NCBI GenBank assembly: GCA_964532495.1 | Contig: CAZHJZ010000004.1 | Coordinates: 4,123 to 68,122 of the forward strand | Source: an uncultured Candidatus Saccharibacteria bacterium | GTDB lineage: Bacteria > Patescibacteriota > Minisyncoccia > Phycocordibacterales > UBA9973 | DNA length: 64,000 nucleotides | Reading direction: 5' to 3' | In this document: in pieces, positions 1 to 10,200 of the stretch | Numbering within the stretch: the first letter of the stretch is position 1 | How the letters are laid out: each line of letters starts with the position of its first letter | Translations under genes and position numbers: made by a program | The notes under the pieces: model-generated | The model's input: only the letters and a program-made list of their open reading frames with translations | What the model was told of the DNA's origin: nothing | Database searches by the model: none

Positions 1-201
1 CATAGCAATTGCCAAAGCAGAAGTAGTTACTGTATCCATCGCCGCAGAAATTAACGGAATTTCAATTTTTAAGTTCCGTGTAATCCATGTACCCGTGTTC
101 ACCTGTCTTGGTAAAACACGAGAGTAGTTGGGAGAAAGTAAAACATCGTCAAATGTCAGACCTTCCCATTTAAACTTTTGGAAGAATTTTTCTTTGTCCA
201 C
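1..201 (-). CDS. guaB: IMP dehydrogenase, N-terminal part (gene continues beyond window start)
   Basis: Reverse-strand translation of 1-201 gives [22 protein letters not shown]...[20 protein letters not shown], the IMPDH N-terminal signature. Apparent GTG start at 199-201, with an in-frame stop upstream. Confidence 0.6.
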   Translation of the reverse strand, partial: MDKEKFFQKFKWEGLTFDDVLLSPNYSRVLPRQVNTGTWITRNLKIEIPLISAAMDTVTTSALAIAM

Positions 202-390
202 TATAATTTTTTTTGGTTATAAAATATGCACAAAAACGTGCTCGCGGCACACTCAGTACAAGACCGAGCCGCGAGCACGTTTCTATGGTTTATCAAGGGT
301 AACTGATTTGCCTAAATCTACAAGAATAATCATGAAGTGTCAAACTATGCATTGTTCGGTTTATCGTAATTTGACTAATCAGCCGATATA

Positions 391-1284
391 TTGTATTTTT
401 TAAAAAAAATACACTTATACATGAAGAACTTACATTTAGCTATGCAAATCGGCATCAGCCGTACAAAAAGACATTACGTATCGCTTATTCAAACAACGCT
501 GTATCTTACAGCCGAGTTCCTGGCAGGGTTACTGTGCATCCTTTTCATCCCAAGAGGTCTCGCGGGCATTTATACCTACCAATGGATTCGCCGCATTGAT
601 GACATCGTTGACGGAGAGATACACATTGATGAACCGGTTTTAGATTTTGTGAGAAAGAAAAAAGAAGTTCTGAAAAAAGCACTGCGCGGTGTTTATGAAG
701 GCACTGATAAATATGATGAACTTTTATTTACTGTTTGTAAAAGATACAAAAGCGAACCAGACCTGATTCATCAAATAAACGACTTCTTGGAAACGTTCGA
801 ACATGAAATTAGCATACGAAAATTTGCTCAACATGCTCCCGTTCAAGAAGAGTATTTAGATACGCTTGCCAAAAAATGGGAACTGGTTACGTTTTCATAT
901 GCATGCTTAATAGCAAAGAATAATTTCCATTTGTTTTATCTTAAAACAGAAGGCTACCATGGTTTGCTGCAAAAAATAGATTGGTTTACCGACCTTGAAC
1001 AAGACCTGACTTCCAGCTTCGTCTATTTTTCCGATATGGACCTAAAGGAAATGGGGCTTACATTCGATAAGCTGAAAAATTATGCCGACATGCATATTCT
1101 AAGAAATAGCGTTACGTACGCAACATGGCACAAGAAAAAAGCCCAGGCGTTGCTTGTTGAACTGCAGAAGCTTAAAGAAAAAGCAGGTGCTCATCCGTTC
1201 AATTCCTGGATTCTGGATACTTTATACTACCGCCTGATTATTGCCCGTTGGGAAGGCGATCTGCGCAAAGCAGCAATTGCATAA
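391..1284 (+). CDS. squalene/phytoene synthase family protein (head-to-head isoprenoid synthase-like)
   Basis: Motif YQWIRRIDDIVDGE matches the Y..R..DD..D first Asp-rich motif of CrtB/HpnD-type enzymes. A later VYFSDMDLKEMGLT resembles the second YLP.DEL..G region. The start could also be the ATG at 421. Confidence 0.5.
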   Translation: MYFLKKIHLYMKNLHLAMQIGISRTKRHYVSLIQTTLYLTAEFLAGLLCILFIPRGLAGIYTYQWIRRIDDIVDGEIHIDEPVLDFVRKKKEVLKKALRGVYEGTDKYDELLFTVCKRYKSEPDLIHQINDFLETFEHEISIRKFAQHAPVQEEYLDTLAKKWELVTFSYACLIAKNNFHLFYLKTEGYHGLLQKIDWFTDLEQDLTSSFVYFSDMDLKEMGLTFDKLKNYADMHILRNSVTYATWHKKKAQALLVELQKLKEKAGAHPFNSWILDTLYYRLIIARWEGDLRKAAIA

Positions 1285-1310
1285 GTATACTTATAGTGAA
1301 AATAATAAAA

Positions 1311-1347
1311 ATGCTTCGCTCAAAAGAGTGGAGCATTATTTTTTTAT
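1311..1347 (+). terminator. rho-independent terminator (hairpin + T-tract), shared convergent with dus
   Basis: atgcttcgctc-aaaa-gagtggagcat stem followed by tattttttt. The A-run on the other side could serve the minus strand. Confidence 0.45.
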
Positions 1348-2442
1348 TTCTAGGAATGTTTCGATGATTGCGCGAACTGACGACGCCGAATCCCCTTTTT
1401 CCATGAGCTCTACTCGAAGCTCTTTTGCTCCTGGAAAGCCGTTAATGTACGCCTTAAAATGCTTCTTCATGATAGAGAAGCTTTTGATATCACCGAGCTT
1501 TTGTTCAAAGAGTTCGCAGTGCTCGGCAAGAACGAGCAGCTTTTCCTTCATATCTACATCAGAAACCGTGTACCGCGCGTCTCCACCTCGGAGCTTGCGG
1601 GCTAAAAATCCTGGCAGCAGTTTCGAGTACCATGCTGTTTTCCAAGTTCCCTTCTGAAGAATTCTGCGATCACGATCAAAGAGCCATGGGTTGCCGAAAA
1701 TTGCGCGGCCGATCATGATGCCATCGCAGCCTGTCTGTTTTGCTTTCAATAATCCATCTTCGATAGTAGTCACATCTCCATTGCCGATGATGAGTGTTGG
1801 AACTTTCAGTGCATTGCGAATTTCCACCACGCGCTTTACCCGAGACCAATCTGCGGGAACAGCGGATAGTTCTTTGCGAGTTCGTGCGTGAATAGTCAGT
1901 GCTGCAATATTTTGGGCAAGAAGCGCCGGAATCCATTCTTCAATTTCAACTTTGTTGTAGCCAACGCGAGTCTTCACAGAGACAGGAAGATCTCCTGCGC
2001 CTTCTTTGACTGCTTTGATCATAGCAACAGCAACATCGGGAGTTTTCATCATGCAAGCGCCCGCTCCTTGTTTCTCAATAGTCTTGTCCGGACAGCCCAT
2101 GTTGATATCGATGCCGTCAAAGCCGAGCTCGGCACAGAGTCGCGCAGCTTTTTTCATATTCTCAGGATTGGATGTAAAAAGCTGCGCGACGATCGGACGC
2201 TCTCCTTCTGTATATTCCAAATCTCGTTCAAGTACTTTTCTTCCTTCGCTTGCCAATCCGTTAGCAGAAACAAATTCCGTCCAAAACACATCGGGACCGC
2301 CATTCGGCTGGCCATGACGAGAATATTTGGCAATCAATTGTCGGAAGGCAGGATCGGTAACATCTGCCATTGGAGCCAATGCAAAAAACGGCTTGTTGGT
2401 AAGCCGTGCCCAAAATCCCATGTTCGTTGGTTCTGTGCTCAT
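1336..2442 (-). CDS. dus: tRNA-dihydrouridine synthase
   Basis: FALAPMADVTDPAFR, DGIDINMGCP and GNGDV motifs of the Dus TIM-barrel flavoenzyme. Confidence 0.9.
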   Translation of the reverse strand: MSTEPTNMGFWARLTNKPFFALAPMADVTDPAFRQLIAKYSRHGQPNGGPDVFWTEFVSANGLASEGRKVLERDLEYTEGERPIVAQLFTSNPENMKKAARLCAELGFDGIDINMGCPDKTIEKQGAGACMMKTPDVAVAMIKAVKEGAGDLPVSVKTRVGYNKVEIEEWIPALLAQNIAALTIHARTRKELSAVPADWSRVKRVVEIRNALKVPTLIIGNGDVTTIEDGLLKAKQTGCDGIMIGRAIFGNPWLFDRDRRILQKGTWKTAWYSKLLPGFLARKLRGGDARYTVSDVDMKEKLLVLAEHCELFEQKLGDIKSFSIMKKHFKAYINGFPGAKELRVELMEKGDSASSVRAIIETFLEIKK

Positions 2443-2444
2443 TA

Positions 2445-3374
2445 TTATTGTGGTGCTACTTCTCCGAGCGGCGCAGTCTCTTGCTGAGTAATATCCGGTG
2501 AAGAACCGAACTTATAATACACTTTTTTGTCATATCTCAAATCAAGATACTGGAGGCTGTCGAATTCTTCCCGCAGCTGTTTTTGAAGATCTGCAGAAGT
2601 GAGCGCAAGGAGCAAGTTTTCATAGAGCACGCTCAAATCCTGGCTGGTGGTAAATACGATCTTTTGTATGCCATCGTCGAACTTTGGAGAAAGAAGAAAT
2701 CCAGACACTGTCGTTGAATACATCACAAAGCCGTATGGAATAATGCCGTGCGAAGCGATTCCTTCTTTGAAGCGAATTACATGCTTGAAATATTCATCAG
2801 AGAAAAGCTTCTTGCCAATTGGAGATTCGTTTGCGCCCCAGGTATATGTTCCGTAGAAAATAAAATAGACATTTCCGGTAAATGAAGGAGAGCGAGAAAA
2901 GATATATCCTCGATCATCGACGTAGTAGCAATTCTGATTCTGCGTATCTTTTTGAGATGGAAGCGCGTCGCACCAGAGATAGACGCTCTTTCGTTCTTCG
3001 ACATCGATTACCAACGTGCCCCAATTTTCGCGATGGAGGTGGACGCTGTCAAAGCGCGGAAATTGCTTCGCAATTTCCGCGCGAAGCTTCGCATTCGGAT
3101 ACACCAACACATTGCTCTTAGGAATAATCCATGCGTACTTCTGATCAAGTATTGTCTGTACGGATTTCTTCACATCATCAGCAGATACAATATAGTTTCC
3201 TCGAACGACAACAGACTGGATCTGAAGCTGGCGTGTCCGAGAAATAAAAATAACTGAACCCAGAATAATCACCACGGAAACAATCGCTATGCCAAGACGA
3301 AAACGCGCTTTCTTTTTGCGCTTATCCTTTAGTTCACGAATGCGGTCCCCGCCTGATACTCGTTCGATCGCCAT
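2445..3374 (-). CDS. ftsQ: cell division protein FtsQ/DivIB-like (single TM + POTRA)
   Basis: N-terminal basic region, one TM helix, then a POTRA-like stretch VVVRGN..VSADDV...VHLHRENWGTLVIDVEERKSVYLW. Confidence 0.55.
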   Translation of the reverse strand: MAIERVSGGDRIRELKDKRKKKARFRLGIAIVSVVIILGSVIFISRTRQLQIQSVVVRGNYIVSADDVKKSVQTILDQKYAWIIPKSNVLVYPNAKLRAEIAKQFPRFDSVHLHRENWGTLVIDVEERKSVYLWCDALPSQKDTQNQNCYYVDDRGYIFSRSPSFTGNVYFIFYGTYTWGANESPIGKKLFSDEYFKHVIRFKEGIASHGIIPYGFVMYSTTVSGFLLSPKFDDGIQKIVFTTSQDLSVLYENLLLALTSADLQKQLREEFDSLQYLDLRYDKKVYYKFGSSPDITQQETAPLGEVAPQ

Positions 3375-3386
3375 ACGGTTTCTCGA

Positions 3387-4706
3387 TTACGCTTTTTTGG
3401 TAATGATTGTCTTGCCTCCCATGTATTTCTGGAGAGCTTCGGGAATGCGGATCGATCCGTCTTCGTTCTGATAGTTTTCGATAATGGCAATAAGCGTTCG
3501 GCCGATAGCGACAACAGTTGCGTCGTTCATGTGTACTGGTTCGATCTTGCCATCAGCACGTTTGACGCGGGTATTGAGTCGTCGAGCTTGGAATCCCGAA
3601 GTAAGGTCGGCACTATGAGTTTCTCGGTAAGTATCCTGACCTGGCATCCAAGTATTGATATCCATCTGGCGATAGTCAGGAAATCCCATATCGCCGGTAC
3701 AGACTGAAAGAACTTGATACGGAAGTTTGAGCGTCTGCAAAACATGTTCCTGAATAGCAACAAGGAAATCTTGTTCAGAAACCGATGTCTCAGGAAGTGA
3801 GAATACTTCCATTTCCAATTTATCAAACTGGTGCTGGCGCAAAATTCCGTTTGTATCTTTGCCGTATGTTCCCGCTTCGCGTCGGAATGCTGTTGAGTAT
3901 CCTGCATATCGAATTGGAAGATCAGCTTCAGTAAATGTCTGATTCATATGCTGAGAACCGAGTGTGTGCTCAGCACTTCCAACCAGCATAAGATCATCAT
4001 TAGGAAATATGTAGTGATTTTCTGCTCCCATGAATCGCGCCATTTTTACCTGAACTACTGGACGCACAAACACTGGAGGAATTACAGGAATGAATGAAGC
4101 TACTTTTACCGGGCTGTTGATCTTATTTGCAATTGCTTGCAATGTTTCTTCGTTCGTAAGAATATCGAAACACATCTGAATCAATGCGAACTGCATCAAT
4201 ACAAGATCGCCCTTCAAATACGCGAAACGTGAAGAAGCAACTTCTGCAGCAGTTTTTGTATCAAGTATTCCGAGCTCTTCGGCAATTTCGTAATGCTCTT
4301 TTGGCTTGAATGAAAATTGCGGCTTCTCACCCCATGATCGGATAATTTGATTTGCGCTGTCATCTGCGCCTTCTGGAGTATCAAGCGATGGCATGTTCGG
4401 AACCTTGAGCATGAGCGCCTGCCATTTTTCCATGACAACCTTCAATTCTTCTTCTTTCTTTTTTACGTCTTCCTTAAGAACCTGCATTTCAGTAATCATC
4501 TGAGCACGCCTGTTTGCATCTTTTTCAATACCAATCAAATTGGAGATCTGATTTTGTTCTGCTCGAACTGTCTCATACGCATTCAAAGCAGCAATGCGTT
4601 CATCATCTGAGGCAATGAGTTCTTCAATACTAACGGAACCACGCTTTTTGGTAATTGCGGCCGCTACGATATCTTTATTTTCCCTGATGAATTTTATGTC
4701 GAGCAT
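3387..4706 (-). CDS. serS: seryl-tRNA synthetase
   Basis: MLDIKFIREN N-terminal coiled-coil followed by a class II core (FRREAGTYGKDTNGILRQHQF). Confidence 0.9.
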   Translation of the reverse strand: MLDIKFIRENKDIVAAAITKKRGSVSIEELIASDDERIAALNAYETVRAEQNQISNLIGIEKDANRRAQMITEMQVLKEDVKKKEEELKVVMEKWQALMLKVPNMPSLDTPEGADDSANQIIRSWGEKPQFSFKPKEHYEIAEELGILDTKTAAEVASSRFAYLKGDLVLMQFALIQMCFDILTNEETLQAIANKINSPVKVASFIPVIPPVFVRPVVQVKMARFMGAENHYIFPNDDLMLVGSAEHTLGSQHMNQTFTEADLPIRYAGYSTAFRREAGTYGKDTNGILRQHQFDKLEMEVFSLPETSVSEQDFLVAIQEHVLQTLKLPYQVLSVCTGDMGFPDYRQMDINTWMPGQDTYRETHSADLTSGFQARRLNTRVKRADGKIEPVHMNDATVVAIGRTLIAIIENYQNEDGSIRIPEALQKYMGGKTIITKKA

Positions 4707-4792
4707 TTGATTATAAATTTAAGAATATTTCACCCGCACCTGGTACTGTACTCTGGCGGGATGGCTTAATAACTCCCGTATCGTAGCAAAAA

Positions 4793-5674
4793 ATGTCCAA
4801 ATTTCAAAGTATGCGGCTACTTGCCGAAAATGAGATTCCAGAACGATTGCATGAGATTCCTCAGCCGCCCAAACAACTATATATTGTAGGAAACCTACCA
4901 GATCCAAAGCTGGTACATTTAACAGTTGTTGGATCCCGCAACCACACTACCTATGGCAAGGACATGTGCATACAATTAATAGAAGCCCTGGCAGGTTATC
5001 CCGTGGTGATCGTCTCCGGCCTAGCATCTGGGATCGATACCATTGCTCATACCACTGCCCTCAAAGTCGGCCTCAAAACTATTGCATTCCCAGGTTCCGG
5101 ACTTGATCCTCGAGTACTTTACCCAAAGGCAAACTTCAACCTAGCGAAACAGATCTTACACAACGGCGGCTGCCTCCTTTCCGAATTTGAACCATTAACG
5201 CAAGCAGCATACTGGGTATTCCCGCAGCGCAACCGTCTCATGGCGGGTATTTCTCGAGCAACGCTGCTGATCGAAGCCACACAAAAATCTGGTACTATGA
5301 TCACCGCAAAACTGACCACCGAATACAACAGGGATCTTCTCGTACTTCCCGGCCCAATCAATTCAGAAAATTCAAAAGGTACGAATTTTTTTCTCAGATA
5401 TGGAGCAACGCCCATTACAAAAACTGACGACCTTTTAGAAGCATTGGGCTTTGAAGTGGAATCGACATCAGGTCCGACGCAGCAACGGCTCGATGCGATG
5501 CTGGACTGCTCGCCGGAAGAAAAAAAGATCTTGGAAACACTGATCGAACCTATGGAACGAGACGAACTGAGCCGCAGAGTCGGCAAACCCATCCCTGAGA
5601 TAAACATGACGCTGACGATTATGGAATTGAAAGGATTGATCAAAGAAGAATACGGCGAGATACGGCGCATATAA
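4793..5674 (+). CDS. dprA: DNA processing protein DprA/Smf
   Basis: VVGSRNHTTYGKDMC...IVSGLASGIDTIAHTTAL Rossmann-like DprA signature. Confidence 0.85.
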   Translation: MSKFQSMRLLAENEIPERLHEIPQPPKQLYIVGNLPDPKLVHLTVVGSRNHTTYGKDMCIQLIEALAGYPVVIVSGLASGIDTIAHTTALKVGLKTIAFPGSGLDPRVLYPKANFNLAKQILHNGGCLLSEFEPLTQAAYWVFPQRNRLMAGISRATLLIEATQKSGTMITAKLTTEYNRDLLVLPGPINSENSKGTNFFLRYGATPITKTDDLLEALGFEVESTSGPTQQRLDAMLDCSPEEKKILETLIEPMERDELSRRVGKPIPEINMTLTIMELKGLIKEEYGEIRRI

Positions 5675-5728
5675 TTGTGCGAAAGTTTGCCACAAAAATC
5701 ATTACGTGATACTAATGTGTAAGCACAT

Positions 5729-7957
5729 ATGAAATTACTTATCGTCGAATCACCTTCAAAAGCGAAAACGATTGAGAAATATCTCGACGGCGCTTATACC
5801 GTTCGCGCCTCTGTCGGACACATCCGCGATCTTCCAAAATCAAACAAAGCTGCCATCGATATTCCTGGCGGCTTTATTCCCCATTACGAAATTTCCAAAG
5901 GAAAAGAAAAAGTTGTTGCCGAACTTTCAAGCCTAGCAAAAAAAGCAGATGAAATTATTCTCGCAACCGACCCGGACCGTGAAGGAGAAGCTATTTCATG
6001 GCACATTACTGAGGCGCTCAAACTCAAAGACACCAAAGCACGACCAGTTCGCCGAGCGGTCTTTCACGAAATCACCAAAGCTGCTGTAGAAGAAGCATTG
6101 AAGCATCCGAGAGATATTGACGACAAGCTTGTTCGCGCTCAAGAAGCTCGCCGCGTTCTTGACCGTTTGTTCGGTTACGGCCTTTCAGGCTTGATATGGA
6201 AAAAAGTCCGCTACGGACTTTCAGCCGGCCGAGTCCAATCGCCTGCGCTTCGCATCATCATGGAGCGTGAGCGTGAAATCCGCGCGTTCATTCCTGAAAC
6301 ATACTGGGTATTGTCTGGCCTTTTTGAAACACAGAAAAAAGTGCAGATCACGCTGACTTGCAATGAAGAACCTCGCGATAAAGCAGTCGTAGAAAAAATT
6401 CTCGAAACTGGCAATAAAAATGCTTGGACAGTAACAGACGTCAAAGCTACAGAACAGAAACGTTCACCTCGCGCGCCATTTACAACAAGTACGCTCCAGC
6501 AAACAGCGAGTTCTCGTCTTGGCTATTCGCCTTCTCGAACTATGCAGATTGCTCAAAAGCTCTATGAAGCAGGACACATTTCATACATGCGTACTGACTC
6601 GACTAACCTCGGCAAGGAAGCGCAGGACAGCATTCTTGCTTTGATCGAAAAGAAACACGGCAAACAATATGCTGAAGCCCATACCTACAAGACCAAATCA
6701 AAGAATGCTCAAGAAGCTCATGAAGCGATCCGACCAACTGATATTGAAACACTCAAAGCTGGTAACAACGACGAACAGGAACGACTCTACCGCTTGATCT
6801 GGGAACGAGCAGTTTCTTCACAAATGGCAGACGCGAAGCTTTTGAAAACAAAAGTGTCAGCTTCTATTGAATCCGAAAAAGACTTCCCAGAATTTTCAGC
6901 CAATGGTTCTCGAGTTCTCTTCCCCGGATGGCTTGCAGTGGACACTGACGCTCGTGGAGAAGATGTAGAACTTCCTGAAATCACTGTGGGAGAAAAATTG
7001 AAGCTGATCGAACTTAATTCAGAAGAAAAACAAACCCAGCCGCCTGGCAGATACTCAGAAGCTGGACTGGTGAAAGAATTGGAAGCTCGCGGCATCGGCC
7101 GACCGTCCACGTACGCTTCTATCATGCGCACTATTGAAGAGCGCGGATATGTAAGCAAAGAAGGTAAGACATTATTCCCTACTGATACAGGCGATGTGGT
7201 TTCATCTTTCCTTGAAGCGAACTTCGCAGATTATATCAGCGATTCATTCACGGCTGAGATGGAAGACAAGCTCGACGATATTTCAAACGGCGAGCGAGAA
7301 TACAAAAAAACACTGACAGATTTCTACGGACCATTTACCAAAGACGTAAAAGCTCGCGATAAGGATGCTAAGATCACCAACCTCGGCGATGCTCCGGCCG
7401 AATTCAAATGTCCTGTGTGCGGTGCCGATATGATCATAAAACTCGGCAAGAATGGAAAGTTCATGTCATGCTCTCGCTATCCAGATTGTGCTGGAGGACG
7501 AACAATCGAAGGCAAAGTAATGGAGGGGCCAAAAGAAACCGGCGAACCGTGTCCGAAATGCGGATTCGACAAAGACGGCAAACTCAAAGAACCAAGCAAG
7601 TCAGGCGGTGGCAAGCTCGTCGTTCGCGAAGGACGATTCGGAACTTTCATATCCTGTTCCCGTTACCCAAAATGTAAATACATCAAAGAAGATCCTGCAG
7701 AACTCGCTCGCAAAATGACTGATGTCACCTGTCCAACATGCGGCAAAGGTAAAATGATGGAGCGCCGCGGAAGATTTGGAGTCTTCTATTCATGTTCCAA
7801 TTATCCTGATTGCAAAAACGCAATTAAAACAAAACCAACAGGCAACATGTGCCCCATGTGCAACTCGCTCATGATGGAAGGAACAAAAACAATTCCGGAA
7901 CGCTGCTCAAATAAAATGTGCCCGAACCACCGGCCAGACAAACTGGTAAAAAAATAA
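5729..7957 (+). CDS. topA: DNA topoisomerase I with C-terminal Zn-ribbon repeats
   Basis: TOPRIM MKLLIVESPSKAKTIEKYL, the active-site region YMRTDST, and four C4 zinc ribbons (CPVCGADM, CPKCG, CPTCGKG, CPMCN). Confidence 0.95.
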   Translation: MKLLIVESPSKAKTIEKYLDGAYTVRASVGHIRDLPKSNKAAIDIPGGFIPHYEISKGKEKVVAELSSLAKKADEIILATDPDREGEAISWHITEALKLKDTKARPVRRAVFHEITKAAVEEALKHPRDIDDKLVRAQEARRVLDRLFGYGLSGLIWKKVRYGLSAGRVQSPALRIIMEREREIRAFIPETYWVLSGLFETQKKVQITLTCNEEPRDKAVVEKILETGNKNAWTVTDVKATEQKRSPRAPFTTSTLQQTASSRLGYSPSRTMQIAQKLYEAGHISYMRTDSTNLGKEAQDSILALIEKKHGKQYAEAHTYKTKSKNAQEAHEAIRPTDIETLKAGNNDEQERLYRLIWERAVSSQMADAKLLKTKVSASIESEKDFPEFSANGSRVLFPGWLAVDTDARGEDVELPEITVGEKLKLIELNSEEKQTQPPGRYSEAGLVKELEARGIGRPSTYASIMRTIEERGYVSKEGKTLFPTDTGDVVSSFLEANFADYISDSFTAEMEDKLDDISNGEREYKKTLTDFYGPFTKDVKARDKDAKITNLGDAPAEFKCPVCGADMIIKLGKNGKFMSCSRYPDCAGGRTIEGKVMEGPKETGEPCPKCGFDKDGKLKEPSKSGGGKLVVREGRFGTFISCSRYPKCKYIKEDPAELARKMTDVTCPTCGKGKMMERRGRFGVFYSCSNYPDCKNAIKTKPTGNMCPMCNSLMMEGTKTIPERCSNKMCPNHRPDKLVKK

Positions 7958-7965
7958 AGCATAGT

Positions 7966-7998
7966 AAATAGCACTCTTCATTTTGAAGAGTGCTATTT
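7966..7998. terminator. 14-bp perfect hairpin between convergent topA and psd
   Basis: aaatagcactcttc-atttt-gaagagtgctattt. A T-run follows on the minus strand. The 3' arm overlaps the psd stop codon. Confidence 0.5.
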
Positions 7999-8592
7999 AG
8001 CAATCACTGTTTCTCCATCTATTACTATGTCTCCAACTTTTACTGAAAGTTCTCGAGATTGAGGAATCACTAAGACAACCTGTGATCCGAGCGCAATAAA
8101 CCCAATCTTTTCTCCTTGCACTACCTCATCCCCTGCATGCACATAACTTTTGATACGACGAGCAAGGATGCCTGCGACTTGGATCACTGCCACCGTTTCA
8201 TCTGCGTTCTTTATAACGGTAAGATTTTTCTCATTGGCATTTACCAGCTGAGCGCGCTCTTTTCCATACAGAGCGTTTTTGAACTTGCCACTAAAATGCT
8301 CGATATACATTACTTCGCCAACAACTGGCGCGCGCTGAACATGCACGTTTCGAAGATTCATTTGTATAACAATGACATATGCTGGGAGCGTCACTCCTTT
8401 TGCGATCAGATCATTCTGAATTCCTTCCTTAAAGAACGTAACACATTCAGTATTGATCCTGTCGATATCGATGATTTTACCGTTCGCAGGAGAAACAATG
8501 TTCGCATTTGTAGGAACAGTTCGAGCGGGTGTTCGGCCAAAATAGATGACGAACGCAATAACTGCGAGTATAAAAATAAATAGTAGTGCCAT
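7993..8592 (-). CDS. psd: phosphatidylserine decarboxylase family protein (short archaeal-type)
   Basis: N-terminal TM, then a ~200-aa domain with a GS pair near the C-terminus (ALGSQVV) typical of the Psd proenzyme cleavage site. The likely start is M40 of the ORF (ATG at 8592). Confidence 0.55.
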   Translation of the reverse strand: MALLFIFILAVIAFVIYFGRTPARTVPTNANIVSPANGKIIDIDRINTECVTFFKEGIQNDLIAKGVTLPAYVIVIQMNLRNVHVQRAPVVGEVMYIEHFSGKFKNALYGKERAQLVNANEKNLTVIKNADETVAVIQVAGILARRIKSYVHAGDEVVQGEKIGFIALGSQVVLVIPQSRELSVKVGDIVIDGETVIAK

Positions 8593-8689
8593 AAGGTGGA
8601 AGAGTTTTCTTCTGGAAATATTGTAGCATAAACATGTGTAAGGGAGCAGCGATTTGCTGTTTTTCCAATTTCCCTCTACACTACGATAT

Positions 8690-10156
8690 ATGCCAGAAGT
8701 ACAAGACATTATCTCCCAGCTCCCATCCCCTCCAAAGAAAGACGTAGAGCTGATTATGAAAGCTTACGATTTCGCCCTGAAAGCCCACCAAGGCCAAGCC
8801 AGAAAGAGCGGCGAACCCTACTTTATACACGTCTTTGCAACTGCCAAGAACCTAGCAGAACTAGGGATGAGCCCAACTGTCATTGCTGCAGGCTTCCTTC
8901 ATGACACTATCGAGGACACGAAAGTCACCGCAAAGGAAATCGAAAAAGAATTCGGCAAAGAGATTCTCGATCTCGTAAAAGGCGTCACCAAGCTCGGTAC
9001 TCTTAAGTATCGAGGAGTAGAGCGCAATGTTGAAAACCTCCGCAAGTTCTTCGTAGCTATGGCCGCTGACTTCCGCGTGATTATCATCAAGCTCTGCGAT
9101 CGATTGCACAATGTCCAAACGCTGCAGCACGTCAGTCCTGAAAAGCAGCAGCGCATTGCGCTTGAGACGCTTGAGATCTATGCTCCGCTTGCCAACCGAT
9201 TGTCTATGGGTAAACTTCGCGGACAGCTTGAAGACGCTGCCTTCCCTTTCGCTTTCCCAGAAGAATATGAGAAAGTAAAAAAACTCCTCGCGGAACGAAA
9301 GGATGCTGATGAAAAATATCTCGTCGAGTTTGAAAATGCATTGAAGCTAAAATTGCGAGATGTAAAACTCAGTACTGTCAGAATGGACTACCGACTCAAG
9401 CATCTGTATTCTCTCTGGAAGAAGCTTGAAAAATACGAAGGAGATATCAACAAAGTCTACGACATCATGGCTCTTCGCATCATCGTGAAATCAATCGAGG
9501 ACTGCTATCAGGTACTTGGAGTCATTCATGGCTCGTGGAGACCGTTGCCAGGCAAAATCAAGGACTACATCGCCCTTCCAAAACCAAACGGCTACCGCAG
9601 TCTTCATACCACGGTCCTCACTGGTACTGGAGGCATTGTTGAAATTCAGATCCGAACCGAAGAAATGCATATTGAAGCTGAATATGGTATCGCGGCCCAC
9701 TATGCGTATAAAGAAAAAATTAAGCTTGAGAAAAAAGACATCCGCAAGCAGTATGAATGGATCGAGCACCTTAAAGATGCTCAAAAAAAGATTACTGACA
9801 CCGAACAATTCTTTGATTCCCTCAAGATGGATTTCTTTAAGAATCGCGTATTCGCCTTTACTCCAAAAGGCGACGTCATAGATTTGCCGGAAGGCGGATC
9901 AGTTATCGACTTCGCATACAATGTTCACTCAGATGTAGGCAATCATGCTACTGGCGCAAAGATTCATGGAAAGTATGTTTCCCTCGATACCAAGCTCCAC
10001 AACGGCGATATCTGCGAGATTGTTGTTCAAAAAAATGCCAAGCCGACGACAAAGTGGCTTGAATTTGCAAAAACATCTATTGCCCGAAACCGCATTCATA
10101 AATATTTAAAAGCTAATTCTTCACTGGCTCAAAAGTTTGAAGACTTCTTGAAATAA
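8690..10156 (+). CDS. rel: (p)ppGpp synthetase/hydrolase, RelA/SpoT family (minimal form)
   Basis: HD domain (HVFATA...FLHDTIEDT), a synthetase domain (LRIIVKS...YRSLHT) and a TGS region (VFAFTPKGDVIDLP). No ACT domain, and only ~490 aa. Confidence 0.85.
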   Translation: MPEVQDIISQLPSPPKKDVELIMKAYDFALKAHQGQARKSGEPYFIHVFATAKNLAELGMSPTVIAAGFLHDTIEDTKVTAKEIEKEFGKEILDLVKGVTKLGTLKYRGVERNVENLRKFFVAMAADFRVIIIKLCDRLHNVQTLQHVSPEKQQRIALETLEIYAPLANRLSMGKLRGQLEDAAFPFAFPEEYEKVKKLLAERKDADEKYLVEFENALKLKLRDVKLSTVRMDYRLKHLYSLWKKLEKYEGDINKVYDIMALRIIVKSIEDCYQVLGVIHGSWRPLPGKIKDYIALPKPNGYRSLHTTVLTGTGGIVEIQIRTEEMHIEAEYGIAAHYAYKEKIKLEKKDIRKQYEWIEHLKDAQKKITDTEQFFDSLKMDFFKNRVFAFTPKGDVIDLPEGGSVIDFAYNVHSDVGNHATGAKIHGKYVSLDTKLHNGDICEIVVQKNAKPTTKWLEFAKTSIARNRIHKYLKANSSLAQKFEDFLK

Positions 10157-10163
10157 GAATTGT

Positions 10164-10197
10164 AAAACCACCAGAAGGAATTCCTTCTGGTGGTTTT
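10164..10197. terminator. 15-bp palindromic hairpin terminator between rel and parB
   Basis: aaaaccaccagaagg-aattc-cttctggtggtttt, followed by tatttta. Confidence 0.6.
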
Positions 10198-10200
10198 ATT

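Noticed and set aside
128-403. 91-aa ORF in the guaB/squalene-synthase-like intergenic region
   Set aside because: AT-rich spacer, no motif, low-complexity translation. Most likely a promoter region.
1241-1657. 138-aa plus-strand ORF
   Set aside because: Lies entirely antisense within the well-supported dus gene.
5119-5670. 183-aa minus-strand ORF
   Set aside because: Antisense to dprA. No features.
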